Shown piece after piece: positions 61,957-64,000 of a stretch of DNA of 64,000 bases. The DNA is from Candidatus Zipacnadia bacterium (GTDB taxonomy: Bacteria; Armatimonadota; Zipacnadia; Zipacnadales; Zipacnadaceae), in contig JALGUR010000003.1 in NCBI GenBank assembly GCA_029820565.1, positions 67,304 through 131,303 on the forward strand, written 5' to 3'. A program made the position numbers and the translations under genes. The notes beneath the pieces were generated by a model. That model did not search any database, was not told where the DNA came from, and saw only the letters and a list, made by a program, of their open reading frames with translations. The first letter of the stretch is position 1; each line of letters opens with the position of its first letter.

Positions 61957-63297
61957 CTACGTCTGAGGCGGGTGGAGAGGTATCTTGCAACGGATGGTAG
62001 TGCCTACTCCTTCTTCACTTTCTACTGCCACGGTGCCCCCGTGGGCATCCACCACATTTTTGACAATACGAGTGCCCAGGCCCGTGCCCATTGGCTTAGT
62101 ACTGATGGCGTCATCGGTGAAGAGTTTAGCCTTGACGTCTTCGGGCATTCCCGACCCGGAGTCCGCGCACTCCAGGATGAGGCAGTTGCCGTCGGGGAAT
62201 TCGCCCTCAGATTGGCCTTTTACGCGGAAAGTGATGGTGTCGCCAGGCTCACATGCATCCATAGCATTGAAGATAAGATTGTAGATAGCATTATAGATTT
62301 GCTTGGCGTCTACCATAGCCGTCGGCACTTCGTGGGGCGCTTCAATACTAACTGTGATCCCTTCTTTGTCGGCTTGGACAGCCAGCAGGTGGCCCACTCG
62401 CTGGGCAATGGGGACTACCTCAGTCAGTTCGAAATGCGGCTCAGCCACTATCCCCTTGACGGCCGCGGCAATCTCGGCCATGCGCTGCTGGACAGCGTTG
62501 CAGCCCTCCAACATGATCTCAATCATCTCGGGATACAGTTCGCGCAGTTCGGCCATCGTCTCAGCAATTTGCTGCGTCTCACTGTCCGGGCAGGTCAGTT
62601 GCTCCAGGCCTTCATCAAACTGTTGATAGACGTCGTCGGCCACCAGTTGTAGCGTCTCGGCACCGGTCATTGTTGGCGTAATCATATTCTTTACGTCGTG
62701 GCTGATATCTCCGATAAATCGTACCACCGTCGCCAGCCGGGCTTCTTCGTGCAGCCGGGCCGTCTCAATAGCTGCAGCAATCTGCGCGGCCATAATCTCT
62801 ATCAGGGTGACGTCATGCTCATCGAAGGGACCGCCGCGCTTGTTCAATACTTGCATTACCCCTATCGGTTGGCCTTCTACTGACTTCAGAGGGACGGTCA
62901 CCATATTGGTGGTTATGAAGCCGACTTCCTCGCCTACCTCCCGCAAATGAGCCTTCTCTTTACTTACATCCGCCGAAACGCTGCTTTCTGCGGTCTGGTA
63001 GACTTGTCCGGCTATGCCCTGGTCCGGTTCTAATTCCATCCCCATCAACTCTTCGGCCTTTTCGCCCACTACGTACTCAAAGACTAATTTGTCCTTGTCC
63101 GCATCGTAAAGCAATATGGAACCAGCGTCGGCCTCGGCGACCTCCAGACTAATATCCAAGGCCTCCTGGACCAATTCCGTGGTTTTGGTAATGGCGCTGA
63201 GGCCGGCGGCTATGCGCCGGGCCGCATCCAACTGGCGCTCCAGTTCCGATATCTGACGACGAAGATTATGTATACTGGTAGTTTGGTTATCTTTCAC
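61957..63297 (-). CDS. GAF-domain sensor histidine kinase
   Basis: GAF-like N-terminus. H-box FIGDISHDVKN. N, G1 and G2 boxes (NLIFNAMDA, DSGSGM, GTGLG). Confidence 0.88.
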   Translation of the reverse strand: MKDNQTTSIHNLRRQISELERQLDAARRIAAGLSAITKTTELVQEALDISLEVAEADAGSILLYDADKDKLVFEYVVGEKAEELMGMELEPDQGIAGQVYQTAESSVSADVSKEKAHLREVGEEVGFITTNMVTVPLKSVEGQPIGVMQVLNKRGGPFDEHDVTLIEIMAAQIAAAIETARLHEEARLATVVRFIGDISHDVKNMITPTMTGAETLQLVADDVYQQFDEGLEQLTCPDSETQQIAETMAELRELYPEMIEIMLEGCNAVQQRMAEIAAAVKGIVAEPHFELTEVVPIAQRVGHLLAVQADKEGITVSIEAPHEVPTAMVDAKQIYNAIYNLIFNAMDACEPGDTITFRVKGQSEGEFPDGNCLILECADSGSGMPEDVKAKLFTDDAISTKPMGTGLGTRIVKNVVDAHGGTVAVESEEGVGTTIRCKIPLHPPQT

Positions 63298-63408
63298 TCG
63301 CTAAAATCTCCCAAGTCCCCGGCTGTCGTCAACAGAGTTGCCTGGTCCCATGTTGAGCGCCTGGGGTGAATAGGTTGCCAGTATTCGCGATACGATTGCA
63401 GAATTCCC

Positions 63409-64000
63409 CTAACGAGGGCTGGGCAGCCGCGCCGGTCGCCGAGGCGCGACCTGAGCTGCGATAGCAGCGGCCCGTTTGGCCTGCTCCTCGTGGCCAGCCT
63501 GCTTGAGAGCCTGGGCGAACCGCAGCCAGATGGTGTGATTGAACGGATGAGCCTGGGCCGCATGGTACAATTCGGTCAATCCCTGTCCCTCCTCGCCCAT
63601 CAGGACCAACGCCCAGGCCGCGACAGCCTCGGCAGTGCCATCGCCCGGCTCAAGTTCTTGGGCCTCTTTGGCCAGTTCACGGGCCTCCTGGAGGTGCCGC
63701 TTCTGCTGGGTTAGCAGCATCGCCAGTCGCAACTTGGCCGGGGCCAGGTCGTCTTGGGCTTTGATGGCTGTGCGGTACTGCTCTTCAGCCTCCGCCAGTC
63801 GGTCAGTCAACTGGAGGATGTCGCCATAGGCAAAATGACTGGAGGCTTCTTGCGGGGCTAATTTGACGGCATTAGCTGCTGCCTTGAGCGCCCCCTGTAG
63901 GTCGCCGGTGGCCTTGTAGGCAGTAACTAAGTTCAGACAGGCCACCGTCAGGTCGGGATCAAGTTCCAAGGCTTTACGAAAATCCGCAATGGCTTTCGGC
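63409..64000 (-). CDS. TPR-repeat protein, 5' end beyond the window
   Basis: The frame stays open to nt 64000 (…AIADFRKALELDPDL). TPR-like repeats. Confidence 0.7.
   Translation of the reverse strand, partial: PKAIADFRKALELDPDLTVACLNLVTAYKATGDLQGALKAAANAVKLAPQEASSHFAYGDILQLTDRLAEAEEQYRTAIKAQDDLAPAKLRLAMLLTQQKRHLQEARELAKEAQELEPGDGTAEAVAAWALVLMGEEGQGLTELYHAAQAHPFNHTIWLRFAQALKQAGHEEQAKRAAAIAAQVAPRRPARLPSPR

Noticed and set aside
63294-63563. An 89-aa minus-strand ORF bridging the TPR gene and the histidine kinase gene.
   Set aside because: It overlaps the 3' end of the TPR CDS in another frame and has an Arg/Ser/Pro-rich low-complexity translation. It is probably spurious.

Overview
This is a 64-kb window of a roughly 58-60% GC bacterial chromosome. 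Two DUF1559-type prepilin-like proteins, BNR sialidases and many secreted glycosidase-like proteins suggest a Planctomycetota-, Armatimonadota- or Verrucomicrobiota-like heterotroph, but lineage cannot be proven from the sequence alone. All family names are motif recognition by eye, not search results.

Core content:
- dnaE.
- A histidine operon, hisD-hisB-hisH-hisA-hisF-hisI.
- A methyltransferase-tyrS-ald operon, and pyk.
- An MsbA-like ABC exporter, a CheY-like regulator and a GAF histidine kinase.
- A sugar/sialic-type catabolic cluster at about 46-57 kb: xylB-like kinase, DUF1015, two TIM-barrel isomerases, glycerate kinase, a Kelch propeller, iolB and ribB.

Most interesting accessory content:
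1. The dnaE-his region carries three separate nuclease or toxin modules. A low-GC PLD(HKD)-nuclease/winged-helix gene with an unknown 127-aa partner lies between dnaE and hisD. A 535-aa protein with a DUF2726-like nuclease N-terminus is wedged between hisH and hisA. An HTH/PIN toxin-antitoxin cassette with its own consensus promoter lies between hisA and hisF, and that hisF lacks the canonical beta1 strand and catalytic Asp.
2. A translationally coupled DUF366-like / QueE-like radical-SAM / HgdB-like (2-hydroxyacyl-CoA dehydratase family) trio has no ATP-dependent activase in view.
3. A dense network of GTAGG...CCTAC-type palindromic repeats is present. It includes roughly 100-200-bp elements with terminal inverted repeats, a 3 x 46-bp tandem array, and in-frame palindromes inside dnaE and a GHL10-like gene.
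4. A small-gene island at 0-4 kb has a recurring hairpin motif and two paralogous roughly 165-bp promoter blocks.
5. A conserved leader (10-nt Shine-Dalgarno (SD) sequence plus a 3-4 codon mini-ORF) precedes both DUF1559 genes.
6. Two genes look decayed: a BNR sialidase with TGA at an Asp-box Trp plus a frameshift, and a zinc-ribbon/RDD gene split by a frameshift.

No rRNA, tRNA or CRISPR array was seen.
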